A stretch of 64,000 nt of DNA from Solirubrobacteraceae bacterium (GTDB lineage Bacteria; Actinomycetota; Thermoleophilia; Solirubrobacterales; Solirubrobacteraceae): positions 25,116 through 89,115 of the forward strand of contig JADGPL010000013.1 in NCBI GenBank assembly GCA_017882455.1, in the 5' to 3' direction. The first letter of the stretch is position 1; every line of letters starts with the position of its first letter. Below the pieces are notes generated by a model that was given only the letters and a program-made list of their open reading frames with translations, did not search any database and was not told the origin of the DNA. Below, in pieces: positions 63,546 through 64,000 of the stretch. A program made the translations under genes and the position numbers.

Positions 63546-64000
63546 TCATTGCGGAGATCGTTTGGCCCGCGGCGAGGTGCGGAACACCTCGTCCCAGTAC
63601 GGGGCGCTGATCCCGAAGCCGCGCGTGTCGTCCTGGAAGTGATGGCGCATGTGGCGCTCGCGCAGCATCCGCCCGAGCCGCCCGCGCGGGGCGAAGTGGT
63701 GCAGGTAGTAGTGCATCATGTCGTAGATCAGATAGCCCGTGAAGAAGCCCGCGCCGATCGCCGGTGCCAGGTCCGCGCCGAAGATCAGGTAGAGGATCCC
63801 GAAGACCGCCGCCGCCAGCGGCACGCTCACAGCCGGGGGCATCACCAGGCGCATCGGGTCGTTGGGGTGGTCGTGGTGGACGCCGTGGATGATCCAGTGC
63901 ATCCGCGCTCCCAGCCCATCCTCGGGCTCGAAGTGGAACACGATCCTGTGCAGCCAGTACTCGAACAGCGTCCACAGCGCATAGCCTGCGATCGCCAGGC
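63546..64000 (-). CDS. Fatty acid hydroxylase / sterol desaturase superfamily membrane protein (5' end beyond the right edge)
   Basis: His boxes HGVHHDHP and HYYLHH/HMRHH. The frame stays open to the window edge, where it reads ...EYWLHRIVFHF (first His box). The track's Met at 63941 is therefore not the start. Confidence 0.8.
   Translation of the reverse strand, partial: LAIAGYALWTLFEYWLHRIVFHFEPEDGLGARMHWIIHGVHHDHPNDPMRLVMPPAVSVPLAAAVFGILYLIFGADLAPAIGAGFFTGYLIYDMMHYYLHHFAPRGRLGRMLRERHMRHHFQDDTRGFGISAPYWDEVFRTSPRAKRSPQ

Overview
Very GC-rich bacterial chromosome segment; codon third positions are almost all G/C, so every real gene is shadowed by long spurious antisense ORFs. It spans the replication-origin neighbourhood.

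Left arm, minus strand: gyrB (partial), DUF721/DciA-like, recF, dnaN, dnaA. Right arm, plus strand: rpmH, rnpA, yidD, yidC, jag, a LAGLIDADG-like ORF, rsmG, parA, parB.

Gene content (Bacillus-type QcrABC, a fused AhbA/AhbB, agmatine deiminase pathway) fits a deep-branching actinobacterium such as a Thermoleophilia/Rubrobacteria-like lineage. That assignment is inference only.

Order after parB:
- hipBA with a periodic operator array
- tRNA-Ile followed by a decayed composite island without an integrase, bounded by two copies of the tRNA 3' half. It carries a wHTH + dGTPase module, an orphan wHTH protein and a DUF4160/DUF2442 pair
- two GGDEF-EAL proteins
- agmatine-to-putrescine genes with a permease remnant
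- a dimethylglycine/sarcosine-dehydrogenase-like gene, a choline-kinase-like gene and ilvA
- three abutting gene remnants
- a cell-wall cluster: two LytM-like paralogs (the second behind a ydaO/c-di-AMP riboswitch-like leader), a large PKD protein and an NlpC/P60 lipoprotein
- ddl and envelope genes
- hemB, fused ahbAB, hemL
- qcrABC, ubiE and a polyprenyl synthase
- tatC, purU, tRNA-Lys, a G1 peptidase and purA
- dnaB translationally coupled to a DnaC/DnaI-like loader
- rplI, rpsR, ssb (no rpsF)

No rRNA, CRISPR array, transposase or integrase was seen.

Best candidates for something new:
1. The tRNA-Ile island modules.
2. The LAGLIDADG-like ORF next to a split parS-like site inside the conserved ori cluster.
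3. A DciA-like gene and a dnaB-coupled DnaC-like loader in the same window.

All calls come from reading the ORF-track translations and the DNA by eye. No searches were run. Coordinates derived from internal starts may be off by a nucleotide or so.
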